Below, in pieces: positions 28,003 to 37,569 of a DNA stretch of 64,000 bases (the first letter of the stretch is position 1; each line of letters begins with the position of its first letter). The translations under genes were made by a program, and so were the position numbers. The notes under the pieces were generated by a model. It had not been told where the DNA came from, ran no database searches, and saw nothing but the letters and a program-made list of their open reading frames with translations. The stretch covers positions 186,001 to 250,000 of the IMG/VR virus record IMGVR_UViG_3300042453_005404. The stretch is one strand, 5' to 3'.

Positions 28003-28307
28003 ACAACAAAACACGCAAGCAACTAAAAGCAGCAATCAAAGAAGCTCTAGATGTTGATTCAATTCTTCTCTCTGGTGGAGAAGGTGGTTTGTCAGAGTAC
28101 AACAAAAAGGTAGAAAAGTTTCTTAATGAAACTTTTGCTTCTGCCGATGAACTGGCAGAAGAAGGTGAAACACTTCTTCGTGAAAACTATTTTCACAACA
28201 CAGCGGCAACAGAACGTCGCAGAGTTATTCTAAGTCTTGTGGGTTATTTGAGAGAAACACGCAACGGAATCGGAAACATTCTACGTTTGCGTTACTTGAT
28301 CGGTTAG
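27999..28307 (+). CDS. hypothetical protein, probable internal head protein
   Basis: RKQLKAAIKEALD N-terminus; FLNE and LLRE sites. Confidence 0.7.
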   Translation: MNNKTRKQLKAAIKEALDVDSILLSGGEGGLSEYNKKVEKFLNETFASADELAEEGETLLRENYFHNTAATERRRVILSLVGYLRETRNGIGNILRLRYLIG

Positions 28308-28663
28308 TTCAAATCTGAACGTTCAACTTTTTCGTTTTGCTTCTTCGAGAAAAAAGAAACAAACTTGTCGAGCTTTTTTGCAGTTTCTTGTAGATCTTCA
28401 ACAAGAATACTGATGGTACGCTCCACTTCTGCCATATATCCAGCAGAAACAACTCTGGCAACAATATAAAGCATTGTAAGCCACGTAAAGGCGTGCATGA
28501 AACCTATTTGTGGTATCTTGTTTGGAAACAACGATGCTAAACCTAAGTTCCATGCCATTTTAAACACAAGACTTGCACTTCCAAACACTAGTATACCAAA
28601 CAAAAACCTTGCTGTTGTTTTTGTGTCTTTTTGCTTTTCTTCTTCAGTTTTTTCTTGTGACAT
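28304..28663 (-). CDS. membrane protein (2 TM)
   Basis: Two hydrophobic segments; GGAG RBS. Confidence 0.7.
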   Translation of the reverse strand: MSQEKTEEEKQKDTKTTARFLFGILVFGSASLVFKMAWNLGLASLFPNKIPQIGFMHAFTWLTMLYIVARVVSAGYMAEVERTISILVEDLQETAKKLDKFVSFFSKKQNEKVERSDLN

Positions 28664-28824
28664 GTTAAACTCCTGTTACATCATAACAACACAAGAATCG
28701 AATATATAACCTTGTGTTAACAAAAGAGTTGTGTATGATACCGGTATACATGAATATTCTCGTTTTGATCATATCCGTTTTGTTGTTTGTGTTAACTTTG
28801 TTTTTAAAGCAAGACAAATAGTTA

Positions 28825-30135
28825 TTGGTTATGGACAACGATGATTTAGATTTTCTTCTTGAAGGCGAAAACGCCCCAACCAACCCAGAACTTTGGTCAA
28901 GAGCCAAATCTCTTGCTCGCAGCAAGTTTGATAAGTACCCGTGTGTGAGCATGGATTCTTTAGCATTATCTAAAGAAGGCTGGAAATCATACGGCGAATT
29001 AAAGCTGGGAGATATGATCTGTACGTACAACATATCAACTGGTTTTTTGGAATGGAAGCCGATTGTCAATCTTCATTATTTTGAAGATGCTCCAACAGTT
29101 AGAGTTTGTACTCCGCAAACGAATTTTAATTTTGTTTGCACACCAAACCATAAATGGATTTTAAAAAAGAATTGGAAAGAAGGAAAACGGTCAAGAAAAG
29201 CTTATTGGAAGCAAGATTGCTTAATCGAAACAAAAGATATCAATCAACATATGGAGATTGTAACCAGCGCAAGGTTAAATCCATTGTTAAACCAAACCAA
29301 TCTGGAACTTATTTCGTTTTCAAAAAATGAAAACTCTTGGGTTGAAAGAGTAATCAATATGTCTTCTGCACAAAGAGAAGCATTTTTTGCTGCGGCTATT
29401 GTGTATGATGGTTGCGAAAAGAAACTAAAAGGAAAGCACAAAAACCGAGAAATGCGTTTTGGTTTTTCACAAAAAAACAAAGATCATGGCGAAGCTTTGG
29501 AAATATGTGCGGTTTTACTAGGCTACAGAGTTTCATATAGAGTAAAATCACACAATAAAACGATGACAGATTGGACACTATCAAACAGAAACATTCAATC
29601 AACACAAAACCTAGATGTATTCGTTGAATCCAATCAATCTGTATGGTGTCCAGAAACAGAAAATCATACATGGGTTATGAAGCAAAATGGAATGGTTACA
29701 ATAACAGGTAACTCGGCCTACGCTAATGGCTGGGCTGCTAAGTGGTATAAAAAACATGGCGGCGGGTGGAGAAAGAAAAAGAAAAAAACCAACGAAGCAA
29801 CAGAAATCCTTGAAGCTCTTAAAGAAATCATCATGGAAGATTTGAATCAGTGGTTTTCTAAGGAAAGAAAAGGAAACTGGGTACGTCTTGATACTTCTGG
29901 AAACATTGCTGGAGAATGCGGCACAAGTAAAAACAAAAAGAATCCAGATCGTTGCCTTCCAGCCGCAAAAGCTCGTAGTTTAACACGGGCAGAGCGTGCT
30001 GCTACAGCGAGAAAAAAGAAGAGTAAATCTCATGGTGGACGCAAGCAATTTGTACCAAACACCAAAAAAGCCAAGGTTAAGACAGAAGAAGAAAGCTATT
30101 TAGAAGAAGATACTGATGACACCCTTTATGAATGA
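28825..30135 (+). CDS. basic hypothetical protein interrupted by an intein
   Basis: Exteins join as NPELWSRAKSLARSKFDKYP|SAYANGWAAKWYKKHGGGW; second domain LNQWF...ECG...RCLPAAKA. Confidence 0.8.
   Translation: MVMDNDDLDFLLEGENAPTNPELWSRAKSLARSKFDKYPCVSMDSLALSKEGWKSYGELKLGDMICTYNISTGFLEWKPIVNLHYFEDAPTVRVCTPQTNFNFVCTPNHKWILKKNWKEGKRSRKAYWKQDCLIETKDINQHMEIVTSARLNPLLNQTNLELISFSKNENSWVERVINMSSAQREAFFAAAIVYDGCEKKLKGKHKNREMRFGFSQKNKDHGEALEICAVLLGYRVSYRVKSHNKTMTDWTLSNRNIQSTQNLDVFVESNQSVWCPETENHTWVMKQNGMVTITGNSAYANGWAAKWYKKHGGGWRKKKKKTNEATEILEALKEIIMEDLNQWFSKERKGNWVRLDTSGNIAGECGTSKNKKNPDRCLPAAKARSLTRAERAATARKKKSKSHGGRKQFVPNTKKAKVKTEEESYLEEDTDDTLYE
28942..29712 (+). mobile_element. intein (257 aa) with a degenerate LAGLIDADG-like region
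   Basis: Block A CVSMDSLALSKEGWK, block B FVCTPNHKW, block F VWCPETENHTWV, end TGN followed by Ser+1; AFFAAAIVYDG. Confidence 0.88.
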
Positions 30136-30195
30136 GGGGAATCATCAATCGACTAGTTTAGTCGATAAGAATATCTAAACCGGAGAAAAGTTACA

Positions 30196-30495
30196 ATGAG
30201 ATATGCATATCCACTTCAAAGTGAGTTTCACGAACCAACACAAACACAAACTTCTAATGGTTCTTCCAAAGGAAGAAACATGTATATGAAACGTTATCCA
30301 AACTTCTTTAAACGAGAAGATGTACGTCGTGATTTTGTTGCCGTACAACAAGAACTACGTACAGCACTTCCGTTGGCTAAAGTAATCAAAGAAGATATTG
30401 ACACTTCTTTTGCCCATGTACAGTTTGATGTAGCTACAGCAGACGAAGTGCTGCTAGAACGTCTTCTTGGAAAGCGTGGATTTGTAAAAGTCTAA
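30196..30495 (+). CDS. hypothetical protein
   Basis: ORF track; GGAG RBS. Confidence 0.65.
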   Translation: MRYAYPLQSEFHEPTQTQTSNGSSKGRNMYMKRYPNFFKREDVRRDFVAVQQELRTALPLAKVIKEDIDTSFAHVQFDVATADEVLLERLLGKRGFVKV

Positions 30496-30542
30496 CCTTT
30501 TTCAATCCTCCATTCATAATATAACCTCGGAGGAGTAGTTCA

Positions 30543-31355
30543 ATGTCCAATAACAGATCTGATGATGGTAGTCAAGCATGGTTCGATGCACAACTTCGTA
30601 TGCGTGCTCAACACCGTCACAACAACAATCGTTCACAAAATCCACTTGATCGTCGTGTAACTGTTCAAGATCCAGCAGCAAAGCAAGCAGAAATTAACGA
30701 TCCATATATTCGTGAGCTTATTGCCAAGCGTGCTCAACAACCTCACTACAGTCCTATACCTTTAGACAAAGAAGTAAAAACCAGCGTTGATTTTGAAGCG
30801 ATTGCTCGTCAACAACAAGCATTGCAACAAACAAGTGGCATCAATCCTCTTGGTGATGCAGACCTAGATATGATATTCAATAAAGGTAGACAAGCTGTAA
30901 CACATCCTCTTCCCGGTCAACATAACCAACAACAATATCAACAACCACAACAAGTTGTTCTTCGGGAAGGTTACCCAGTATACCGTGCAATCCAACAAAC
31001 TTTTGGTAACACGTTTATTCTTGCAAGAGAAGTTGGAGTGGTAAATCAACAACTAGCCAATCAATCTTTTCTTTTAAAAGGTTTGATTCAAGTTTATGTT
31101 ATTCCTCAACATCAACAACAAGTAAACATACAAGAAATTCAACGCAACCCACATCTACTCTCACCATTAGTAGAAGTTCATGCCCCACCAATGGCATCGC
31201 TTGGTCCTTTGCTTGTGCCGAGAGAAGCCGTTGTTGCTCCCGGCCAATATAGCGGTGGCCGACAAATGATCACAGACGCCCGCCAACACCATGCTTCTCA
31301 ACAACCACAGCACTATTATCCAAATCATAATGGTCGAGGAATTTTGAAGGGCTAA
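30543..31355 (+). CDS. Gln-rich hypothetical protein
   Basis: ORF track; GGAGGAG RBS. Confidence 0.7.
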   Translation: MSNNRSDDGSQAWFDAQLRMRAQHRHNNNRSQNPLDRRVTVQDPAAKQAEINDPYIRELIAKRAQQPHYSPIPLDKEVKTSVDFEAIARQQQALQQTSGINPLGDADLDMIFNKGRQAVTHPLPGQHNQQQYQQPQQVVLREGYPVYRAIQQTFGNTFILAREVGVVNQQLANQSFLLKGLIQVYVIPQHQQQVNIQEIQRNPHLLSPLVEVHAPPMASLGPLLVPREAVVAPGQYSGGRQMITDARQHHASQQPQHYYPNHNGRGILKG

Positions 31356-31356
31356 A

Positions 31357-32007
31357 ATGGAGCCAGAAGTTCTAACAATCAAACCTAACGAAACAACAAG
31401 CTTGCCTTTGTCTGAAGCTTACCAAAACAGTTTGGCTAATCTTATGGATGTAGAAGACAAAGATAGTCTGGTGTTTCATTGTCGTGTTATTATTCAAGAT
31501 GAAAATGAGTTTGGTATCGTGCTTCCAGCAGAGTTAGAAGAAACAAAAGCAATCAACTTTTCTTTACCAGAACAACTCTGTATTTTCAATCCAAACAAAT
31601 CGTATATCATTAAAGCCGAAATGGTTTTCGAAGATCAACTGCTGACACCATTCTTAAGTCAATGCCAAATCGATTTAAATGACTTAACAGAGCCCGAAGA
31701 TGATGTGGATGAAGAAGAGGACGAAAAACAATCACAAGCCTCAGAAGAGCCGTTAGAAGACGATCTGGACGATGTATTAAACGTTATTGCTCCAATGCCC
31801 ATCACCGAACAAAAAAAGACGAAGTTGGAAGACATTGCAAAAACTTTAGACGGTGAGTTTGTCAAACAAGTATTGTTTAAACCACCACAAAAGCAAGAAG
31901 CTCCAGCACCCGTTAAGGTACCAGAGCTTCCTGTTGTTGAGCTTACGCCCGAAAAGCTAGCCTTGAAGCAACGAGTAAAATCGTTGCTCAAGGATATGTT
32001 GGATTAA
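31357..32007 (+). CDS. acidic hypothetical protein
   Basis: ORF track; translationally adjacent to the previous gene. Confidence 0.7.
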   Translation: MEPEVLTIKPNETTSLPLSEAYQNSLANLMDVEDKDSLVFHCRVIIQDENEFGIVLPAELEETKAINFSLPEQLCIFNPNKSYIIKAEMVFEDQLLTPFLSQCQIDLNDLTEPEDDVDEEEDEKQSQASEEPLEDDLDDVLNVIAPMPITEQKKTKLEDIAKTLDGEFVKQVLFKPPQKQEAPAPVKVPELPVVELTPEKLALKQRVKSLLKDMLD

Positions 32008-32685
32008 TCATCCATTTGCAACCTCGATAACCTGCGCATCACGAACCTCGCCGCCGTGAACGATTGAGTCAAACTCGAAAACTCGATCAGGATTGTCGAT
32101 ATCAACAAGGTGCATCTGAAGGTTGTTATCGGCATACGTAAACGACGCAACCTTCCACTCACCATTAAGTGTACTGGTACGATTGCTGGAAACAAGCTTG
32201 AAGTTGGTTGCAGGGTTTTCAGTGAGAATATCACCGAGAGCCTTGGCAACACGCTGCCCCTGCGCAGCATCGCTGCTAACACGGGCACGCTTGTTGCTTG
32301 CACGCTGCCGAGCCGTTACAGGAGCAGCAGTCTGACCATCAGTCCCAGTGTTACGAGGCCGACGAACACCAGACTTGCGGGAAGTCTCAATCGGATCTTC
32401 CATGCCAAAGGTCTTGCCGTCCACAACAATCGTGTTGATGTACTCCGATGTACCAGTGCCAAGAGCCTTTTCCTTGCCGTCAATCTCCAGCGCACCGAAC
32501 GCATCATCAGGGTTGCCCACAGGAGCAATCTCAATCACACGGGAGCCGCCTCGTCCACGACCAACCTTGCTTGCGAGTACAGTGTAATCGCCGGAAAGAT
32601 CCGTGAAAGGCTCGTTGAAGTTAATGGTAACAGTGCTGTTGATGGTGAGAGTCTCAAGAACCGAGTGAAGAATGTGCTTATCCAT
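32008..32685 (-). CDS. hypothetical early protein
   Basis: ORF track; AGGTAGG RBS; GC-richer codon usage. Confidence 0.75.
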   Translation of the reverse strand: MDKHILHSVLETLTINSTVTINFNEPFTDLSGDYTVLASKVGRGRGGSRVIEIAPVGNPDDAFGALEIDGKEKALGTGTSEYINTIVVDGKTFGMEDPIETSRKSGVRRPRNTGTDGQTAAPVTARQRASNKRARVSSDAAQGQRVAKALGDILTENPATNFKLVSSNRTSTLNGEWKVASFTYADNNLQMHLVDIDNPDRVFEFDSIVHGGEVRDAQVIEVANG

Positions 32686-32754
32686 GTTGTACCTACCTTT
32701 TACCTTTTGAACCGTTGTTGTTGAAAAACGTTGTTGTTTGTTAGAGGTTGACTG

Positions 32755-33018
32755 TTAAAGAACCGAACGGTAAGTTCGCTTCTGGCCCATCTTGACGTTG
32801 ATATCTGTGACTTCCTTAGCCGTTACCCACACCTTTGTTCCATGCACCTTGTAAAATGCCTCACCAAACGGAGAGAGCATTGCCTTGCCTACCTTGATTG
32901 GTACACCCGCAAGAAACTTATCACCAAACACACTGCACTGATAATCGTGCTTGAAGGTTACAGTGCCTAGATCCTTGTCAGGATCATGCGCAATCTTGTA
33001 TCGAATCACCCTTGCCAT
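32755..33018 (-). CDS. hypothetical early protein, probably leaderless
   Basis: ATG 6 nt downstream of the -10 box. Confidence 0.7.
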   Translation of the reverse strand: MARVIRYKIAHDPDKDLGTVTFKHDYQCSVFGDKFLAGVPIKVGKAMLSPFGEAFYKVHGTKVWVTAKEVTDINVKMGQKRTYRSVL

Positions 33019-33024
33019 ATTATT

Positions 33025-33053
33025 AGAGTACCATCCTTGTTCTTTTTTCTAAA
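33025..33053 (-). promoter_or_regulatory. sigma70-type early promoter
   Basis: TTTAGA-N14-TGG-TACTCT with an A-rich upstream tract. Confidence 0.7.
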
Positions 33054-33165
33054 GATTATTTTCAGATTAACTGCTACGTACCTCAAGAACCAAGAGAAGC
33101 ACACACCATCCAAGAACCATTACCGTGATTGCGTCCAGCACTGTTTTTCCTTACCTTCTGATATC

Positions 33166-33194
33166 AGTATACCAGTTTAAGGAGATATTCTAAA
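33166..33194 (-). promoter_or_regulatory. sigma70-type early promoter
   Basis: TTTAGA-N14-TGG-TATACT with an A-rich upstream tract. Confidence 0.7.
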
Positions 33195-33227
33195 GGTTAT
33201 TCTTTTTTTATTCAAAACGCTGGAAAT

Positions 33228-33449
33228 TTAGGGGTTTTCGAGATGGAAGCTTTCAACTTTTTCTTCTGTGAAGATTTCACTGACAACATCGAGAAGCTGA
33301 TATGAGCTCATGCCTTGATTGGTATGATCGACGTAATGTAGCAAATCAGCGATTAAGTCTCGGATGTGGGAGATATCACTGCCAGTACCGCCGTTTAGTT
33401 CACGGTATACGGCAAGAACCGGTTCAACTCGATTAACGAGATTATTCAC
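33228..33449 (-). CDS. hypothetical protein
   Basis: ORF track; 4-nt overlap with the upstream gene. Confidence 0.65.
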   Translation of the reverse strand: MNNLVNRVEPVLAVYRELNGGTGSDISHIRDLIADLLHYVDHTNQGMSSYQLLDVVSEIFTEEKVESFHLENP

Positions 33450-33856
33450 AGGTAAATAGATTCCTCCAGATAACGTGACACCACGCCAGCCGAATGACTG
33501 TAATAACCGTTATGTTGATTGTAAGCAACAAACTGCAACGTTCCACGATTGGTATTGATATTCACAAACATGATATCACCACCGTCCAGATCGAGCTTAC
33601 CTTCTTTCGTTACACACCAGAATTGTTCAACCTGAGAAACCTTGAGAGCGGTATTCACACGCTCTACGGACAATACTTCTGCACCAATGAAATCGTTGAA
33701 ATCATCCTCAGACATGAAGTAACCGGGATGCTCACAACAATCCTGTTCCATGCCAATCCAAAGCTTGATTACCTCACCGTCGTTTAGACGGACAAGAAAA
33801 CCACCTTCGCTGTTTTCTTCATCATTGAGTTCTTCAATGCAAACAATCGTAGCCAT
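33446..33856 (-). CDS. hypothetical protein (MEQDCCE motif; start probably 33856)
   Basis: AAGGA RBS before MATIVCIEE. Confidence 0.7.
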   Translation of the reverse strand: MATIVCIEELNDEENSEGGFLVRLNDGEVIKLWIGMEQDCCEHPGYFMSEDDFNDFIGAEVLSVERVNTALKVSQVEQFWCVTKEGKLDLDGGDIMFVNINTNRGTLQFVAYNQHNGYYSHSAGVVSRYLEESIYL

Positions 33857-33879
33857 TGTGTTTTCCTTTGCTTTTTGAT

Positions 33880-34095
33880 TTACGTGATATTTGCGTATTT
33901 GGTACAAAGCACAAGCACATCATTATATGACTTTGCGCTAAACGCTTTGTAGCTAAACTCTTTGGCTTCTGCAACAAAACCTTGTCGATTCATTTCAGCT
34001 ACCATTCTAGCAATAATAGCAAATACGTTGCCGTCATGTCCAGTAAGTTGAACTGTTGGCTTTTTCATGTTTAGATCCAGCCATTTATCCATCAT
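33880..34095 (-). CDS. small hypothetical early protein
   Basis: VQLTGHDGNVFAII motif typical of small phage early proteins; AGGGA RBS. Confidence 0.65.
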   Translation of the reverse strand: MMDKWLDLNMKKPTVQLTGHDGNVFAIIARMVAEMNRQGFVAEAKEFSYKAFSAKSYNDVLVLCTKYANIT

Positions 34096-34120
34096 GATTT
34101 GTCCCTGTCTTTCTAGGAAC

Positions 34121-34149
34121 AGAATACCAAACAATACGGAATATCTAAA
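34121..34149 (-). promoter_or_regulatory. sigma70-type early promoter
   Basis: AAAATACC-TTTAGA-N14-TGG-TATTCT; 18 bp identical to 62643-62660 in reverse complement. Confidence 0.75.
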
Positions 34150-34159
34150 GGTATTTTTG

Positions 34160-35131
34160 CTAGATATCTAGGTTTTTTAGATCAGCTTCGTACATCATCA
34201 CGGCCAAGTCTTTGAAATTGACTTTTGGTTGCCATCCAAAAGCTTTTCTGGCTTTGTATGCGTTACCGAGAAGCAAAGGAACTTCATGCGGCCTAAACAG
34301 TCTTGAATCGATTTCTAGATGCTTGGAAACGTTTAAACCAGCGTGTTCGAACACAACTTCCAAAAACTCTTTAACGGTATGTGTTTCACCTGTGGCAACA
34401 ACAAAATCATCTGGTGTTTTATGTTGCAGCATCATCCACATAGCTGCAACATAATCTCCAGCAAAACCCCAATCACGTTTAGCATCAAGGTTTCCTAGTT
34501 TGATTTTATCTTGTTTACCTAGTTTAATGTTTGCCGCAGCAAGAGTTATTTTACGAGTGACAAACGTTTCACCACGAAGAGGTGATTCATGGTTGAACAA
34601 AATACCGCAAGAGATTGGTAGTTGATAAGCTTCACGATAGTTTCTGCAAAGAGTATGAGCATACAGTTTTGCGCAAGCATATGGTGAAGCTGGCGTCATG
34701 CGGGTGTGTTCGTTTTGTGGAACTTCTACGTTGTCTCCGTACATTTCTGATGATGAAGCTTGATAGAATCTAGCTGTTGGACAAATATGCCTATAAGCTT
34801 CAAGCAGCTTAAGAGTGCCACTGCCAACAACATCTAATGTTTCTTCTGGGACTTCAAAAGAAACACGAACATGACTTTGTGCTGCAAGATTATAGATTTC
34901 GTTGGGCTGATGTGTTGCAAGCAGTCTATACAAAGAACTGCTATCCATCATGTTTCCATAAACAAGCTTAAAGTTGGGATGTTTGAAAATATCTTCACCG
35001 TCAATACGCAAAGTATTGATTAGTGATGTGCGACGTTTCATTCCGATAACAGAGTAACCTTTAGCTAAAAGGAGCCTTGCTAGATATGCACCGTCTTGAC
35101 CGGTGATTCCTGTAATGAATGCTTTTTTCAT
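34160..35131 (-). CDS. gmd: GDP-mannose 4,6-dehydratase
   Basis: AFITGITGQDGAYL, YNLAAQSHVRVSFE, YQASSSEMYG, SPYACAK, GILFNHESPLRG, RDWGFAGDYV. Confidence 0.96.
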   Translation of the reverse strand: MKKAFITGITGQDGAYLARLLLAKGYSVIGMKRRTSLINTLRIDGEDIFKHPNFKLVYGNMMDSSSLYRLLATHQPNEIYNLAAQSHVRVSFEVPEETLDVVGSGTLKLLEAYRHICPTARFYQASSSEMYGDNVEVPQNEHTRMTPASPYACAKLYAHTLCRNYREAYQLPISCGILFNHESPLRGETFVTRKITLAAANIKLGKQDKIKLGNLDAKRDWGFAGDYVAAMWMMLQHKTPDDFVVATGETHTVKEFLEVVFEHAGLNVSKHLEIDSRLFRPHEVPLLLGNAYKARKAFGWQPKVNFKDLAVMMYEADLKNLDI

Positions 35132-35391
35132 GTAAACTCGATTGTGTTGGGATCAGTAGCTTCGATGATAACTTGATGCTTAACAATATCAAATCTTAGA
35201 GTTAAAGGAACGTGCCAAGCAGGATGCGTTTCCCTTCGTTTGGCTTCATTAACAGCATTATCAAATGCGATCTTAATGAAGTGTTGAGTAAATGGTGTTA
35301 ATGGTTGATGCAAAAACTTTTCATTTAGAATATTGTGATAGTGATCGATGATTTTATACCAATAGTTTCGTTGCACTTCAACCTTGCTCAT
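35128..35391 (-). CDS. hypothetical protein
   Basis: ORF track; 4-nt overlaps on both sides. Confidence 0.65.
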   Translation of the reverse strand: MSKVEVQRNYWYKIIDHYHNILNEKFLHQPLTPFTQHFIKIAFDNAVNEAKRRETHPAWHVPLTLRFDIVKHQVIIEATDPNTIEFT

Positions 35392-36494
35392 AGAATAATC
35401 ATATCCTCTCTTTCTGGAGAAGTAGAAATATGAGAAACTTTCACCTTGAGATTTTTTGCAATCATGTCAATATAGTTCAAAGCATTTTCTGGCAGTTTGC
35501 TTTTATCACGCATATGTTTTGTTGCAGCTTTCCATCCAGCGGCTTTATAAAGTACGGAAGGCGCAACGTAAGCTGGGATTACGTCAAAGCTATCCAGTAC
35601 ATCTAGCTTGGTGACAACCACTTCATCAACACCGTTAATGTTACATGCATAGCGTAGATCAACAAGATCAATCCAACCACAACGACGTTTCCTTCCTGTG
35701 GTTGTTCCATATTCTTCACCAATCTCCCTAAGTCTATCTCCAAGCTCGTTAGTTTGTTCAGTTGGAAATGGTCCCGCACCAACTCTTGTTGTGTACGCTT
35801 TTGCTACGCCAATAACCTTACGAATAGCTTTGTGTGTTAATCCTGTTCCTGTAAGAGCTCCACCAATAGTACAGTTGGAGCTTGTTACGTAAGGATATGT
35901 TCCGTGGTCAATATCCAACATTGTGCCTTGTGCGCCCTCCAGAAGAATATTAGCACCGCTTGCATGAGCATTACGCAGCAATGCGTGTGTGTCACAAACA
36001 AATGGCCTAATAAGGCTTGTAATGTCTTTGCTAAATACATCATCAAGACTACCTTTTTCTAGATCTTCCATACGCATACCTGTACGGTGCATTTTAGATG
36101 CGTAGGTTGGACCGATACCCCTTCCAGTAGTTCCCACAATGTATCCTGTTGCACGATCTTCTGCAACAGTTGTAGGAGTGATAACATGAGCAGCATGAGA
36201 AATAAACAAACGACCTTTTAGTGATGTTGGTCCACCATGTTCTTCGATTTCTTTTGCAATTTGCAATGGATCAATAACACAACCATTTGCAATAACGTTG
36301 TTAACGTGTGGATGAAGAACACCAGAAGGAAGAGCATGAACAGCAGTACGATGACCATTCACAACAAGTGTATGTCCAGCATTGTTTCCTCCATGAAAAC
36401 GTACAACATAATCATAGTGATTGGCAAGATAATCAACAACTTTACCTTTACCTTCATCCCCGTAGGATAGCCCAAGGACCACATCAGCAGGCAT
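35388..36494 (-). CDS. purA: adenylosuccinate synthetase (compact, 368 aa)
   Basis: YGDEGKGK, GGNNAGHT, GTTGRGIGPTY, LEGAQG, GTYPYVTSS, YTTRVGAGPFPTE, GTTTGRKRRCGW. Confidence 0.95.
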   Translation of the reverse strand: MPADVVLGLSYGDEGKGKVVDYLANHYDYVVRFHGGNNAGHTLVVNGHRTAVHALPSGVLHPHVNNVIANGCVIDPLQIAKEIEEHGGPTSLKGRLFISHAAHVITPTTVAEDRATGYIVGTTGRGIGPTYASKMHRTGMRMEDLEKGSLDDVFSKDITSLIRPFVCDTHALLRNAHASGANILLEGAQGTMLDIDHGTYPYVTSSNCTIGGALTGTGLTHKAIRKVIGVAKAYTTRVGAGPFPTEQTNELGDRLREIGEEYGTTTGRKRRCGWIDLVDLRYACNINGVDEVVVTKLDVLDSFDVIPAYVAPSVLYKAAGWKAATKHMRDKSKLPENALNYIDMIAKNLKVKVSHISTSPEREDMIIL

Positions 36495-36614
36495 ATAACG
36501 TTCCTTTTTTAACCTTTCTATATTATCTTAACAATCGATAACCAAAACATAAAAGGATTATAGGTTAGTGGAACACAACCAAGAGAAGGGAGGGGAGGGA
36601 TGTATTTACTGATT

Positions 36615-37391
36615 ATGATCAAATTGTTAAATATATTGTTTGAGGTTGACAGTTGGGATGATTATGATATCGATATCAGAACGGGTAAGCTTATTCCAAA
36701 AGCTTCTGCTCCAGTAAAACCGAAACAAGAACCAGACGAACCCGAAGGTGGTGTGCTTGGCAAATATGTTTTTGGAGATATTAGAAAAAATCTTGGGCAA
36801 AACATTGAGCAAGAAGCCGACACTCAGTTAGAAAAAGATATCTATAACGCACTTGTTTTCTATACATCGTTCAACACCAAAACGAACTTAAATCGAGTTG
36901 CCTTGAAAATGAAAGAGATAAGCGATTCTGGAAAGTATCGTGAGTATTTTTCTGTTCCTTCTGCAACGGCGTGGCGGGTTTTGATTGACATATCGAAGTC
37001 AAATCTTGAGAATATTCTTGGTAAGGAAACTAACAAAGATCTTGGTGTAGAAAGCAGTGGGATTATAGCTCCAAGAAGCGATTCAAGTTTCACTGGTTGG
37101 ACACTTGATCCTAAAGCTACGATTAAAATTTATAGTCAAGCAAGATTCGAATCTGTTTCCAAAGAAAGTTCTGATGGTTATATAGTTCTCGCAAAGTGCG
37201 AGACAACCTCGAACGATTTCTTTTTCAACGTTGACGCTGCGATGAAATATATTTCTGTAGGTGGTTCACCTTATGATTATCAAAAAGAAGTGTTAGCTTA
37301 TGGGACTGTTAATGCATCCGGCGTTGCTTACATGAAAAAGAAAGATATAAAACACAATCCAGTTCAAGAGCTACTAAAGCTACTTATGTGA
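36615..37391 (+). CDS. putative ADP-ribosyltransferase-fold protein
   Basis: Ordered AWR, FTGWTLDP and YQKEVL segments resembling the R-S-E ART motifs; N-terminal LLNILFE tag. Confidence 0.5.
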   Translation: MIKLLNILFEVDSWDDYDIDIRTGKLIPKASAPVKPKQEPDEPEGGVLGKYVFGDIRKNLGQNIEQEADTQLEKDIYNALVFYTSFNTKTNLNRVALKMKEISDSGKYREYFSVPSATAWRVLIDISKSNLENILGKETNKDLGVESSGIIAPRSDSSFTGWTLDPKATIKIYSQARFESVSKESSDGYIVLAKCETTSNDFFFNVDAAMKYISVGGSPYDYQKEVLAYGTVNASGVAYMKKKDIKHNPVQELLKLLM

Positions 37392-37392
37392 C

Positions 37393-37569
37393 ATGACCAA
37401 ACTATATAATATACTTTTCGAAACAGGTCCATCTGCTCAAAGTGCTATTCCAACTCTGGGAGATGATCCAAGAAGAGTTTCTAGAACAGGCGTTGCTGCA
37501 CAAGATGCTGGGTTTTTAGACATAGTTGACACAATGGGCTTGGACATGGACAGTCCAGAAGATGATTAG
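37393..37569 (+). CDS. small acidic protein (58 aa, MTKLYNILFETGPSAQS...)
   Basis: Manual translation; CTACTTAT motif 5 nt upstream; same ILFE tag as the preceding gene. Confidence 0.6.
   Translation: MTKLYNILFETGPSAQSAIPTLGDDPRRVSRTGVAAQDAGFLDIVDTMGLDMDSPEDD

Noticed and set aside
28305-28320. GTTCAAATC tRNA T-loop-like sequences (also near 13487)
   Set aside because: No cloverleaf arms; both lie in coding sequence.
30148-30182. Fifth early promoter at AATATCTAAA (30171-30180) and the ATCGACTA-gtt-TAGTCGAT palindrome
   Set aside because: No -10 box at 17-nt spacing on the minus strand; the palindrome has no clear function beyond containing a late-like motif.
32110-32724. 204-aa plus-strand ORF
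   Set aside because: It is antisense to 32008..32685, which has an RBS and lies downstream of the minus-strand early promoters.
35388-36494. PurZ (2-aminoadenine, Z-genome) interpretation of the PurA homologue
   Set aside because: The catalytic loop is GDEGKG with the PurA Asp, not the Ser-containing GSTGKG of PurZ, and no dATPase/MazZ partners are in the window.
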